Shown here piece after piece: positions 1 through 11,650 of a stretch of DNA of 64,000 nt. Origin of the DNA: Squalus acanthias (Eukaryota). The DNA lies in the NCBI GenBank assembly GCA_030390025.1, contig CM059432.1, forward strand, positions 52,206,001 to 52,270,000. The letters run 5' to 3'. The notes below the pieces were generated by a model, which was given only the letters and a program-made list of their open reading frames with translations, searched no databases and was not told the origin of the DNA. A program made the translations under genes and the position numbers. The first letter of the stretch is position 1; the number at the start of each line of letters is the position of its first letter.

Positions 1-119
1 ACTTGGCAGGATTTTGGGACATGTTGCAGTTGTCTATTGAGAATGTCAGTATGAAATTTGATGAGCTGCATCAACTGAAGGCAAACAGTTGGAAGCAGGT
101 GGAACTTCCTGAAAAGAAG
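1..119 (+). CDS. DLGAP1: Disks large-associated protein 1 (GKAP/SAPAP1), penultimate coding exon, 5'-partial
   Basis: Frame starting at base 3 reads LAGFWDMLQLSIENVSMKFDELHQLKANSWKQVELPEKK (GKAP homology domain; closest to DLGAP1 DLAGFWDMLQLSIENISMKFDELHQLKANNWK as recalled). It ends at a phase-0 AAG|GTACCC donor (GT at 120-121). Not in the ORF track. Confidence 0.92.
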
Positions 120-3100
120 GTACCCCGGATAATCCACTTAAAGCAACAAAAAATGCATTTCTTGTTGTCGAGTTGAATATATTTCTGTAATGCTTGGTGC
201 TTTTATAGATCTGTTTTGTGTGGCAATTGCAAGAGAAGCCATACTTCTAATCAGAGCAAATCCTGTGCCCAATAATTCTTTGAAATACATTGCACCTCAA
301 GCTCCATCTTGTTAAGTAATTCTATAGTTGCCCCACTGCTGTATGGGCTGAAATGAGTTAGCTCAGTACATACCACAAATCAAACTGGACGGGGTTAGAT
401 TTTCATCTTCACATGGGAAATCAATAGAATGAAAGTCAGACGGGTTCTACAATGAGCAGGCGATCCGCTCAGCCAGATTACTACCTATGCGGCAAACACG
501 AAAATTTATCCCAGTAACTTCTGGTATTCTTCATTGGCTGCTGGGGCCTAAGAAATGACTGCCAACAAAAGGCCTTTTATTTTAAATTACAAAAATTGTA
601 TTTTCTTGCTTCCCTAACTCCGCACCACATGCGATCCCACTCCCGCCATTTGCCGTTCCACCCCCTCCACTCCCAGGACTTATCTTCAGGCTGTTACTGG
701 GAAGGCATGAGACCCAATATTGGGGACCAACGTCCTGTGCCTAAAGGACATCTAAAAGATGTCTGACCCGATATTAGGTTGACCCATTTGCCAAGTGTGC
801 CCAGTAGCCACCTAAAACAAGTGTTAGGTCCCTTACATATGTAAATGAGGTCCTAACGCCTGTTTTAGGCAACTTTTTAAAATTGGAGTGTGATGAATGG
901 AGCAGACAGTGTAAAGCCCTACTGCGCGCTTTTATCACCTTGTGCTGGACCACTCCGCTGCTCTCTTTGCGGGCCTGCCTACTTGTACTTTCGTGAAGTA
1001 CAATTTTTTAAAATTAATTCACAGGATGTGGGTGTCGCTGGCAAAGCCAGCATTTATTGCCATCCCTACTTGCCCTGAGAAATTGGTGGTGAGCTGCCCT
1101 CTTGAACCGTTGCAGTCCGTATGGTGAAGGTACACCTAAAGTGCTGTTAAGTTGGGAGTTCCAGGATTTTGACCCAGCGACAATGAAGGAACTGCGATAT
1201 ATGTCCAAGCCAGATGGTGTGCGACTTGGAGGGGAACTTGGAGCTGATGGTGTTCCCATGCACCTTCTGCCCTTGTCCTTCTAGGTGTTAGAGGTTTGCG
1301 TGTTTGGGAGGTGCTGTCGAAGTAACCTTAGCGAGTTATTGCAGTGCATCTTGTAGATGGTACACACTGCAGCCACGGTGCGCTCGTGATGGTGGGAGTG
1401 AATGTTTAAGATAGTGGAAGAGATGATGATCAAAAGGACTGCTTTGTCCTGGATAGTGTCGAGCTTCTTGAGCGTTGTTGGAGCTGCACTCATCCAGGCA
1501 AGTGGAGAGTATTTCATCACACTCCTGACTTGTGCCTTGTAGGTGGTGGAAAGGCTTTGGGGAGTCAGGAGGGGAGTCACTCACCGCAGAATACCCAGCC
1601 TCTGACCTCTTGTTAAGTTTCTGGTCAATGGTGACTCCCCAGGATGTTGATAGTGGAGGATTTGACAATGGTAATTCTATTGAATGACAATGGGACGTGA
1701 TTAGACTCTCGCTTGTTGGAGATAGTCATTGCCTGGCACTTGTGTGGCATGAATGTTTCTTGCCACTTATCAGCCCAAGCCTGGATGTTGTCCAGGTTTT
1801 GCTGCATGCGGGCAGAGATTGCTTCATTATTTGAGGAATTGCAAATGGAACTGAACACTGTGCAATCATCAGTGAACATCCCCGCTTCTGACCTTATGAT
1901 GGAGGGAAGGTCATTGATGAAGCAGCCGAAGATGGTTGGGCCTAGGACACTGCCCTGACGAACTCCTGCAGCGATGTCCTGGGGCTGTGATGATTGGCCT
2001 CCAACAACCACCTTCCTTTATTCTAGGTATGGCTCCAGCCAGTGGAGTTTTCCCCCTAATTCCCATTAACTTCAGTTTTACTAGGGCTTCTTGGTGCCAC
2101 ACTCGCTCAAACGCTGCCTTGATGTCAAGGACAGTCACTCTTACCTCACCTCTACAATTCAGTTTTTTTGTCCATGTTCGGATCAAGGTTGTGATGAGGT
2201 CTAGAGCAGAGTGGTCCTGGCGGAACCCAAACTGAGCATGGGTGAGCAGGTTATTGGTGAGTAAGTGCCACTTGATAGCACTGTCAACAACTCCTTCCAT
2301 CACTTTGCTGATGATTGAGAGTAGGCTGATGGGCGGCAATTGGCTGGATTGGATTTGTCCTGCTTTTTGTGGATAAGACATAGCTGGGCAATTTTCCACT
2401 TTGTCGGTAGATGCCAGTGTTGTAGCTGTACTGGAATAGTTTGGCGAGAAGCGCGGCTAGTTCTGGAGCACGTCTTCAGCACGACAGCCGGGATGTTGTC
2501 GGGGCCCATAACCTTTGTTGTATCCAGTACGCTCAGCTGTTTCTTGATATCACGTGGACTGAGTCGAATTGGCTGATGACTGGTGATCTCAGGAGGCGGT
2601 CGAGATGCATCATCCATTCGGCACTTCTGTCTGAAGATGATTGCAAACGCTTCAGTCTTGTCTTTTGTACTCACGTGCTGGTGTCCGCCATCGTTGAGGA
2701 TGGAAATGTTCATGAAGCCTCCTCCTCCGTTAGTTGTTTAATTGTCCCCCACCATTCACGACTGGATGTAGCAGGACTGCGGATCTTTGATCATCTGTTG
2801 GTTGTGGGATCGCCTGGCTCTGTCTGTAACATGCTGTTTCTGCTGTTTAGCCTGCATGTAGTCCTGTGTTGAAGCTTCATCAGGTTGGCAATACATTTTC
2901 AGGTACGCCTGGTGCTGCTCCTGGCATGCTCTTCTGCACTCCTCATTGAACCAGGGTTGGTCACCTGGCTTGATGGTAATGGTAGAATGAGGGATATGCT
3001 GGGCCATGGGGTTATAGATTGTGGTGGAATACAATTCTGCTGCTGATGATGGCCCACAGCGCCTCACGGATGCCCAGTTTTGAGCTGCTAGATCTGTTCT

Positions 3101-3399
3101 TAAGTGGTTATGCCACACAACATGATGGAAGAAGGGAAGTCTCCACAAAGACTGTGCGATGGTCACTCCTACCAATACTGCCATGGACAAGAACAACAAC
3201 TTGCTTTTATATAGCACCTTTAACGTAGTAAAACATCCCAAGGCGCTTATGATGCATCTGCGACAGGCAGATTGGTGAGGACGAGGTCAAGTAGATTTTT
3301 ATAGAAACATAGAAACATAGAAAATAGGTACAGGAGTAGACCATTCGGTCCTTCGAGCCTGCACCGCCATTCAATACGTTCATGGCTGAACATGCTACC

Positions 3400-6300
3400 T
3401 CAGTACCCCATTCCTGCTTTCTCGCCATACCCCTTGATCCCCTTAGTTGTGAGTGTTATATCTAACTCCCTTTTGAATATATTTAGCGAACTGGCCTCAA
3501 CAACCTTCTGTGGAAGAGAATTCCATAGATTCACCACTCTTTGGGTGAAGAAGTTCCTCCTCAGCTCAGTCCTAAATGGCTTCCCCTTAATCCTTAGACT
3601 GTGACCCCTGGTTCTAGTTTTCCCTACCATTGGGAACATTCTGCCCGCATCTAATTTGTCTAAACCAGTCAGGATTTTAAATGTCTCTATAAGATCCCCC
3701 CTCATTCTTCTGAACTCCAGAGGATACAAGTTCAGTTGACCCAATCTTTCTTGATATGTCAGTCCGGCCATCCCAGGAATCAATCTAGTGAACCTTCGCT
3801 GCACTCCCTCAATAGCAAGAATGTCCTTCCTTAAGTTAGGAGACCAAAACTGCGCACAATACTCCAGGTGTGGCCTCACCAAGGCCCTGTACAACTGTAG
3901 CATCACCTCCCTACTCCTGTACTCAAATCCCCTTGCTATGAAGGCCATCATTCCGTTTGCTTTCTTGACTGCCTGCTGCACTTGCATTCCCACCTTCAGT
4001 GACTGATGTACCATGACGCCCAGGTCTCGTTGCACGTCCCCTTTCCCTAATCTGCCACCATTCAGGTAATAGTCCGCCTCTCTATTTTTACCACCAAAGT
4101 GGATAACCTCACATTTATCCACATTGTACTTCATCTGCCATACATTTGCCCATTCACCCAACCTGTCCAAGTCACTCTGTAGCCTCCTAGCATCCTCCTC
4201 ATTGTTCACACTGCCTCCCAATTTAGTGTCATCCGCAAATTTGGAGATATTACATTTAATCCCTTCGTCCAAATCATTAATATATAATGTAAACAGCTGG
4301 GGTCCCAGCACCGAACCCTGCGGTACCCCGCTGGTCACTGCCTGCCATTCTGAAAAGTACCCATTTACTCCTACTCTTTGTTTCCTGTGTGCCAACCAGT
4401 TCTCAATCCACGTCAACACATTACCCCCAATCCCATGTGCTTTAACTTTGCTCACCAATCTCTTGTGTGGGACCTTGTCGAAGGCCTTCTGAAAGTCCAA
4501 ATACACCACATCTACTGGTTCCCCCCTGTCCACCCTATTGGAAACATCCTCAAAAAATTCCAGAAGATTTGTCAAGCATGATTTCCCTTTCACAAATCCA
4601 TGCTGACTTGGACCTATCATGTCGCCACTTTCCAAATGGTCTGTTATGACATCTTTAATAATTGCTTCCATCATTTTACCCACGACCGATGTCAGGCTGA
4701 CCGGTCTATAATTCCCTGCTTTCTCCCTCCCTCCTTTTTTAAAAAGAGGGGTTACATTGGCCACCCTCCACTCCATCGGAACTGATCCAGAGTCTAAGGA
4801 ATGTTGGAAAATGATCGTCAATGCATCCACTATTTCCAAGGCCACCTCCTTAAGTACTCTGGGATGCAGACCATCAGGCCCCGGGGATTTTTCAGCCTTC
4901 AGTCCCATCAATTTCCCCAATACCTTTTCCCGACTAATAAGGATTTCCCTCAGCTCCTCCCTCTTACCAGATCCTCTGACCCCTTTTATTTCCGGCAGGT
5001 TGTGTGTGTCCTCCACAGTAAACACCGAACCAAAGTACTTGTTCAATTGATCCGCCATTTCCTTGTTCCCCATTACGACTTCCCCTGTTTCCGACTGCAG
5101 GGGACCTACGTTTGTTTTTACTAACCTCTTTTTACATATTTATAGAAGCTTTTGCAGTCCATTTTAATGTTCTCTGCAAGCTTCCTTTCATATTTTATTT
5201 TCCCTGCCCTAATCAAACCCTTTGTCCTCCTCTGCTGAGTTTTGAAGTTCTCCCAGTCCCCGGGTTTGCTGCTACTTCTGGCCAATTTGTATGCAACTTC
5301 CTTGGTTTTAATACTATCCCTGATTTCCCTTGTTAGCCATGGTTGAGCCACCTTCCCTTTTTTATTTTTATGCCAGACCGGGATGTACAATTGTTGTAGT
5401 TCATCCATGCGATCTCTAAATGTCTGCCATTGCCCTTCCACTGATAGCCCCTTAAATATCGCTTGCCAATTTAACCTCGCCAATTCACGCCTCATACCCT
5501 CAAAGTTGCCCTTATTTAAGTTCTGGACCATGGTCTCTGACTTAACTGTTTCCTTCTCCATCCTAATGTAGAACTCCACCATACTATGGTCACTCTTCCC
5601 CAGGGGGCCTCGTACCACAAGATTGCTGATTAGTCCCTCCTCATTACACAACACCCAGTCCAGGATGGCCTCCCCTCGAGTTGGTTCCTCAACATATTGG
5701 TTTAGGAAACCATCCCTTAAACACTCCAGGAAATCCTCCTCCACCGTATTGCTTCCAGTTTGAGTAGCCCAATCTATATGCATATTAAAGTCACCCATGA
5801 TAACTGCCGTGCCTTTTTTGCACGCACCTCTGATTTCCTGTTTCATACCCTCCCCCACCTCACTACTGCTGTTTGGAGGTCTGTACACAACTCCCACTAA
5901 CGTTTTCTGCCCTTTGGTGTTCTGCAGCTCAACCCATATTGATTCCACATCCTCCAAGCTGATGTCCTTCCTAGCTATTGCATTAATCTCCTCTTTAACC
6001 AGCAATGCTACCCCACCCCCTTTTCCTTTTATTCTATCATAAGAACATAAGAAATAGGAGCAGGAGTAGGCCAATCGGCCCCTCGAGCCTGCTCCGCCAT
6101 TCAATAAGATCATGGCTGATCTGATCCTAACCGCCAATCTACTATCTATCACAGAACCATCTCCTGCATCTAACAGAATTGCACACACGAAATAGGAGCA
6201 GAATCAGGCTACACAGTCCCTGGGCCCGCTCCACTACCCACAGGGCCATGACCGATCCGAACCTAGACTCATGTCCAAATTCCTGCCCGCTCCCCGTAAC

Positions 6301-6800
6301 CCTTAATGCCCTTTACTTCTAGGAAACTGTCTATTTCTGTTTTAAATTTAATTAATGTTGTAGCTTCTACAGCTTTTTGTGGCAGCATATTCCATGGACC
6401 TACCACCCTCTGAGTGAAGTAGTTCCTCCTCATCTCAGTTTTGAAAGAGCAGCCCCTTATTCTAAGACTATGTCCCCTAGTTCTCGTCTCACCCGTCATC
6501 GGGAACATCCTCCCCGCATCCACCCGATCCAACCCCTTCACAATCTTATATGTTTCAATAAGATCGCCTCTCATTCTTCTGAACTCCAATGAGATCCTCC
6601 AATCCTTTCTGAATGTTGAATACCCCTGGATGTTCAGTTCCCAGCCTTGATTGTTCTGGAGCCACGTCTCTGTAATCCCAATCACATCGTATCCGTTAAC
6701 ATCTATTTGCACAGTCAATTCATCCACCTTATTACGGATACTCCTTGCATTAAGACACAGAGCCTTTAGGCTTGTTTTATTAACATCCTTTGTCCTTTTA
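3400..6800 (-). pseudogene. CR1 ORF2 (APE endonuclease + reverse transcriptase), disrupted
   Basis: Assembled from ORFs 3400-5073, 5121-6036 and ~6600-6800. Visible lesions are a frameshift near 5121 (KYVKR/LVKTNVGPL) and the nested insertion at 6037-6600. Confidence 0.88.
6037..6600 (-). mobile_element. 5'-truncated CR1 3' fragment nested in the CR1 APE domain
   Basis: ATAAGAACATAAGAA tail at ~6039 and SLEFRRMRGDLIETYKI...GYGERAGIWT C-terminus. It splits host codons RKD/RIKGKGGG. Confidence 0.85.
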
Positions 6801-6929
6801 GACTTATGATTTAGTATGGCCCTTTGTGTTTCTTGCCTTTGTTTACTCGGCCTTCCCCTATTGTTTCTCACCCTTCTAACATTTGTTTCTGACTGCATAT
6901 TACTTCCCCCTGTTTCGCTACATAGGTTC

Positions 6930-7497
6930 CCATTCCCCTGCCATATTAGTTTAAATCCTCCTGAACTGCTTTAGCAAATATTACCCCGAGGACATCGGTT
7001 CCAGTCCTGCCCAAGTGCAGACCGTCCCTTTTGTACAGGTCCCACTTCCCCTAGAACTGGTTCCAATGCCTCAGGAATTTGAATCCCTCCCTCCTGCACC
7101 ACTGCTCAAGCCACGTATTCAATCTCACTATCCTGTTCTCTCTATTCTGATTAGCACGTGGCCCTGGTAGCAATCCAGAGATTACTACCTTAGAGGTCCT
7201 ACTTTTTAATTTAGCTCCTAGCTCCCTAAATTCTGCTTGTAGGACCTCTTCCCGCTTTTTACCTATATCGTTGGTACCTACATGCACCACGACAGCTGGC
7301 TGTTCACCCTCCCTCTTCAGAATGTTCTGCAGCCGCTCCGAGACATCCTTGACCCTTGCACCAGGGAGGCAACATACCATCCTGGAATCTCGGTTGCGGC
7401 CACAGAAACTCCTGTCTATTCCCCTTACAATTGAGTCCCCTATCACTATAGCCCTACCACTCTTTTTCCCGCCCTGCTGTGCAGCAGAGCCAGCCAT
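6930..7497 (-). pseudogene. CR1 ORF1 SGNH/GDSL esterase domain
   Basis: IVIGDSIVRG (block I), CLPGA, VHVGTNDI (block III). After a premature TAG at 7051 the frame continues GKWDLYKRDGLHLGRTG (block V). Confidence 0.85.
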
Positions 7498-7782
7498 GGT
7501 GCCATGAACCTGGCTGCTAGTGCCTTCCCCTGGTAGGCCATCTCCCCCAACTCATGTTGACTCAGTCTGGCAGCTATGTCCTTCAGGACTCAGCCAGTTT
7601 GGTTCGTGGCGGTACTACCGTGCCACTCTTGGTGATGGACATTGAAGTCCCCCACCCAGAGTACGTTCTATGGTCCTGCTACCCTCAGTGCTTCTTCCAA
7701 ATGGTGTTCAACATGGAGGTGTACTAATTCATCAGCTGTGGGATAGGTGGTATCAGCAGGAGCCCAATATGCCATGAGACTT

Positions 7783-8005
7783 GAATATCTCTTAATCTCT
7801 CCTGCTTTCTATCCTATCACTGACCTTCCCTTTTGTTCTTTCATCCCCTCCCCCTTTTCCCAGCCCCTAAACTTGCTTTAAAATCTATTCCATTTCCTGC
7901 TTTTTTCCAGTTCTGACGAAAGGTCTTCGACCTGAAACGTTAACTCTGTTTCTCTCTCCACGGATGCTGCCTGGTCTGCTGAGTTTTTCCAGCGTTTTCT
8001 GTTGT
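7783..8005 (+). mobile_element. Penelope-like terminal (pLTR) fragment with hammerhead motif
   Basis: Matches 27285-27500; flanked by 15-bp TSD TATGCCATGAGACTT (7768-7782 and 8006-8020). Confidence 0.8.
7909..7945 (+). ncRNA. Minimal type I hammerhead ribozyme motif
   Basis: AGTT-CTGACGA-A-AGGTC-TTC-GACCT-GAAA-CGTT-AACT: conserved core boxes, stem II hairpin, stem I AGTT/AACT, loopless palindromic stem III. Confidence 0.65.
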
Positions 8006-9689
8006 TATGCCATGAGACTTCATGGGGCCAGAGTCAATGTTGAGGACTCCCAGGGCCACTCCCACTGTATGCCATTGTGCCGCTACCTTTGGTAGGGTCT
8101 GTGCTGCCGGTGTGTCCTATCCCACCGGCAGGACAGACCCATGGATGATGATGGAGGAGTCTGGGACATTGGTATGATTCTGTGAGTATGACTATCTCAG
8201 GCTGTTGCTTTACTAGTCTGTTGGACAGCTCTCCCAACTTTGGCACAAGTCCCCAGATGTTAGCGAGGAGGCCTTTGCAGGGTCGACTGGGCTGGGTGTG
8301 CCTTTGTCGTATCCAAATCCAAGTGATTTTATTCTTATTATACTTCTTTGTAGCAGATTGACACAACTGAGTATCAGTTAAGTGCACATTGCTCTGGGTC
8401 TTGTGTCACATGTAGGCCAAACAGGGTAAGACCACCAGGTTGCCTTCCCTGAAGGACATTAGTGAACCAGTTTGGTTTTTACAACAATCCGATAGCTTCA
8501 TGGTCATCTCTACTGATACTAGCTTTTTACTCAAGATTTATTTCATTTTTTGTTTAAACTGAATTCAAATTCACAAACTATCGTGGGATTTGAATTCACA
8601 TCTCCAGATTATTATTCAGACCTCTGGATTACTAGTCCAGTAACATAACCACTATACTACCATACCCGTCACGTAGAATGTTGTGGCCTGTGTCCACACA
8701 CACACACCAAGGCCCACATCTCTATCACCCCTATCAATCCCAAGCTCTACTGGTTTCCTTTGTGCCAGAGAATTATCCTTACCTTCAAATTCTTCCACTG
8801 CTTTATCCCTCTCTACCCCCGTGATCTCCTCCAGCCCTATGTCCTTCTGCACATCCTCTGGTACTCCAAAACAAGCCTACTTCTCATTCCCCACTCCCAC
8901 TACACCAAAATTAGCAGTCGCTCCTTAAGCCATATTTCTACCTTCTACTGTGTCTTCTAAAACATCCTTTTGGCCCTCTGCTTTTAACAAGCTTTAACCC
9001 CTGACCCTCTTCCTTCTCCCCCTTCACTCTCTACTGCCCTGTACAGTGTGCTGAGACATCTCTTTGTATGTAAAGAGTGATGTAGAAATATAAGTGGTTA
9101 TTATACATTGCTTCGCAACCTCTGCAACGCCACAAGGACCCATCCACAATTGCTGAAAACCACTAAATGTCTAAACCTAGTATTACTCTGCACAGAAATA
9201 CCATATAGGGCCTTCATTTATTTAAAGGAATGCTAAAGATAGTTATGTGATTCACAGACTTGTTAAAGAATTACCTCATTTATTATTTTAGTTTTTTTGG
9301 TTGCCATACATATCAAGATCATTGTGGCCTTTCTATGCCTATTTTTAAATTGCTGTGCTGCCTAGAAATGATGGACAAAGAGTTTCCCTCTCACAAATTC
9401 AGTACAGATCAAGGTACTTAATTGAAGTAAGATGTTATTATGCTTGTGTACTGACCTCCCAAATGATACATCGGTAAAGCTCATAGATTTGACCAAATAT
9501 AACATGTTTAACACTTTGTTGCTTATAACTAATACAGTTATAACTACTCGTGTAAATGTTGGATTACTCTGGCATCCTTGTGATACCCTATATTTCACAA
9601 ACAAATTACCGGGAAATTTAACTATTTATTTTTACTATTCATGTGAGGAAATTGTAATTGTTGCTGTAATTTGTGTGGTACTGATGCAT

Positions 9690-10040
9690 GCAGACCAAGA
9701 AGGTCCCAGCTTCATCTGTGCTGAATGAGCTATGCAGCTGGTGAGGTGCTGCAATTGGCCCTCGTATCCCTGGGCTGGCAGGGGAAAGATTAGCCAAGGC
9801 TCCAGCTTCTGATTGCTATCCAATGATCCTGGTGGAAAGTGCACATCAAGATACTGAATATGGACAGAATTGGGCTCAACTGTAATGCTCCCCATGGTTG
9901 AATGCTTTTCCTACACTAATACATATTCAGGCTCAGATATTAAAATGAGATGAGGTAGCAGATTGCTGCACGGGTACGTGAAACATTATCCTGGCATGAG
10001 CTATTGATATCGGTGAGGAAGGGGGGAGAAAATGGGGTGG
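9690..10040 (+). mobile_element. Old tRNA-derived SINE, AmnSINE2-like (representative copy)
   Basis: Shared motifs GAAGGTCCCAG..CTGTGCTGA..AGCT..CAATTGGCCT..CCCTGGGCT..GGGGAAAA recur at ~10810-11100, 15470-15840(-), 16090-16380(-), 28700-29520(-), 35150-35310, 39300-39470, 40830-41170(-), 43350-43630, 45470-45710(-), 57230-57420(-). Family name from recall. Confidence 0.5.
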
Positions 10041-10582
10041 AAATAATTTGCTTTTAGCAAAGGTTTAAAAAATTGTTTCTTTTAATGTCAGATTTCTTCA
10101 GCCAAGGCCAAGAAAGGATGTGAAACCAGCCAAGCATGAATAGCTAATGAATAGTGGTATTAAACTGAGCTATTTAGATGCACAGTAAAACTGAGCTATT
10201 TAGATGTCACTGTACCACAATTTAAATGAACAGCACATTAGCATCTCAAAACATAAGATCTGGGGCCATTTATCTACATCTTGAGAAGGAAATGGCATGG
10301 CTAAGTACTTTGAATATACTTTTAAATGTAAAGTATTTACCCCAAGATGATCCATGTATTTGAAAAACAGGAGTTTCGCTCTGTTGCTCTGGATCCCACC
10401 CTAAAAGGATGCTCTCTGCCAAATCAACAGCGGGAAAGTAAAAATGACATTTGCCTCTTTCTGTACAGTAACATTTAAGCTTATTTTACATTGATTCTTA
10501 CCTTCATTCATGTTGCCAGATCCTGAGCTGCACCTCTTCCATAGCTGAATTTGCTAACGCTGAACAGAAGTAGGACCACTAC

Positions 10583-10800
10583 AAAAAGCAAAACACTGCG
10601 GGTGTTGGAAACCTGAAATAAAAACAGAAAATGCTGGAAATACTCAGCAGGTCAGGCAGCATCTGTGGAGAGAGAAACAGAGTTAATGTTTCAGGGTGAT
10701 AACCTATTGTCAGAGCTCAACGAAAGGTCAATGAACTGAAACGTTAACCCTATGTTTCTCACATCACAGATGCTGCCAGACCTGCTGAATGTTTTTATTT
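10583..10800. mobile_element. Fold-back pair of Penelope-like terminal fragments
   Basis: AAATAAAAACAGAAAATGCTGG..CAGCAGGTCAGGCAGCATCTGTG..GTTAATGTTTCAG followed by its inverse CTGAAACGTTAAC..CACAGATGCTGCCAGACCTGCTG; two degenerate hammerhead cores meet at the centre. Confidence 0.7.
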
Positions 10801-11159
10801 GTAGGAGTACAGTACTACAGTTAGCCTCATCATACTCCTTGGGCTGGGGAATGGAAGAATTGGTTAGTGTTCCTACGCTTGATTACGATCCGGTGGCTCG
10901 TGTTGGAACGTCTTTGGTTGTAGACAGGTGAAAAACACAAAATCAGGTTGAGCTGTGATTCCTCCCACCCCTCCAATGATTAAATAGCCTGCCAACACTC
11001 ACTGTCTAGGTTGACACTTGGGGAACAACCATTTGGGCGAGGTAGCAGAGAGTTGGCAGTGCCCATAGAACCATACCAATTTAGGAGAGGAGAGAAAATT
11101 AAACTTACAGAAAGAATCCTAGTGTTATAGAGCCGCAGCTCGAAAACAACATTTCTGTA

Positions 11160-11650
11160 AAAGGAAAAGAACAAACTCGTATTTATACAGCTCTTTTCAC
11201 GACCTCAGGACATCCCAAAGCGTGTTACAGCCTATTAAGTACTTTTGAAATGCAGTCACTGTTGTAATGTAGGGAAACGCAGCAGTCACTTTGTGCACAG
11301 CAAGATCCTACAAGCATCAAAGAGATACATGACCAAATAATCTGTTTTGGTGACGTTGGTTGAGGGATAAATGTTGGCCAGGGTACCAGGAGAACTCTTC
11401 TGCTCTTCTTCGAATATTGCCACGGGCTCATTTACATCCATCGGAGAGGACAAACGTGTCATCTGAAAGACGCCACCTCCAACAATGCAGCGCTCCTTCA
11501 ATACCAGACTGAAGTGTCAGCCTGCATTATGTGCTCAAATCTCTGGAGCTATATAAATACAAGTTTGTTGTTGTTGTTGTGTTGAGTGGGGCTTGAATCC
11601 ACAACCTTCTGACTCTAGAGGCGAGAGTGCTACCGCTGAGCCATGGTTAA
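11160..11650 (-). mobile_element. tRNA-headed Deu-domain SINE (SacSINE1-like) with L2-type tail
   Basis: Reverse complement of the 29712 copy: head (GGCTCAGCGG / GATTCAAGCC), core GGAGGTGGCGTCTTTCAGATGA, tail TATAAATACGAGTT. Confidence 0.7.

Larger units (their letters stand above)
3299..7550 (-). mobile_element. Young CR1 LINE ('family A'), 5'-truncated within ORF1
   Basis: (CATAGAAA)n terminal repeat at ~3300-3323 and 3' stem-loop; uninterrupted 557-aa RT (YLDFQKAFDKVPH, GVPQGSVLGP, KFADDTK); APE domain (CLNARSI, GITETW, GDFN, SDH); SGNH-esterase ORF1. Confidence 0.95.
1004..8667 (-). mobile_element. Decayed APE-RT LINE (CR1-group, 'family B') with tRNA-derived 5' head; interrupted by three younger insertions
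   Basis: Fragmented ORFs: APE start NIWGLVPKLGEL..QQPEIVILTESY (8034-8387), RT LDIKAAFERVWH (1911-2399), GVRQGSVLGPTIFGCFINDL..FTDDC (1625-2011); 3' tail near 1004-1100; A box 8649-8659 and B box 8586-8597. Insertions at ~3189-3250, 3299-7550 and 7783-8005. Confidence 0.8.

Noticed and set aside
5121..6898. 355-aa and 209-aa ORFs as novel fusion proteins
   Set aside because: Chance in-frame joins between the host CR1 APE domain and the nested CR1 tail.
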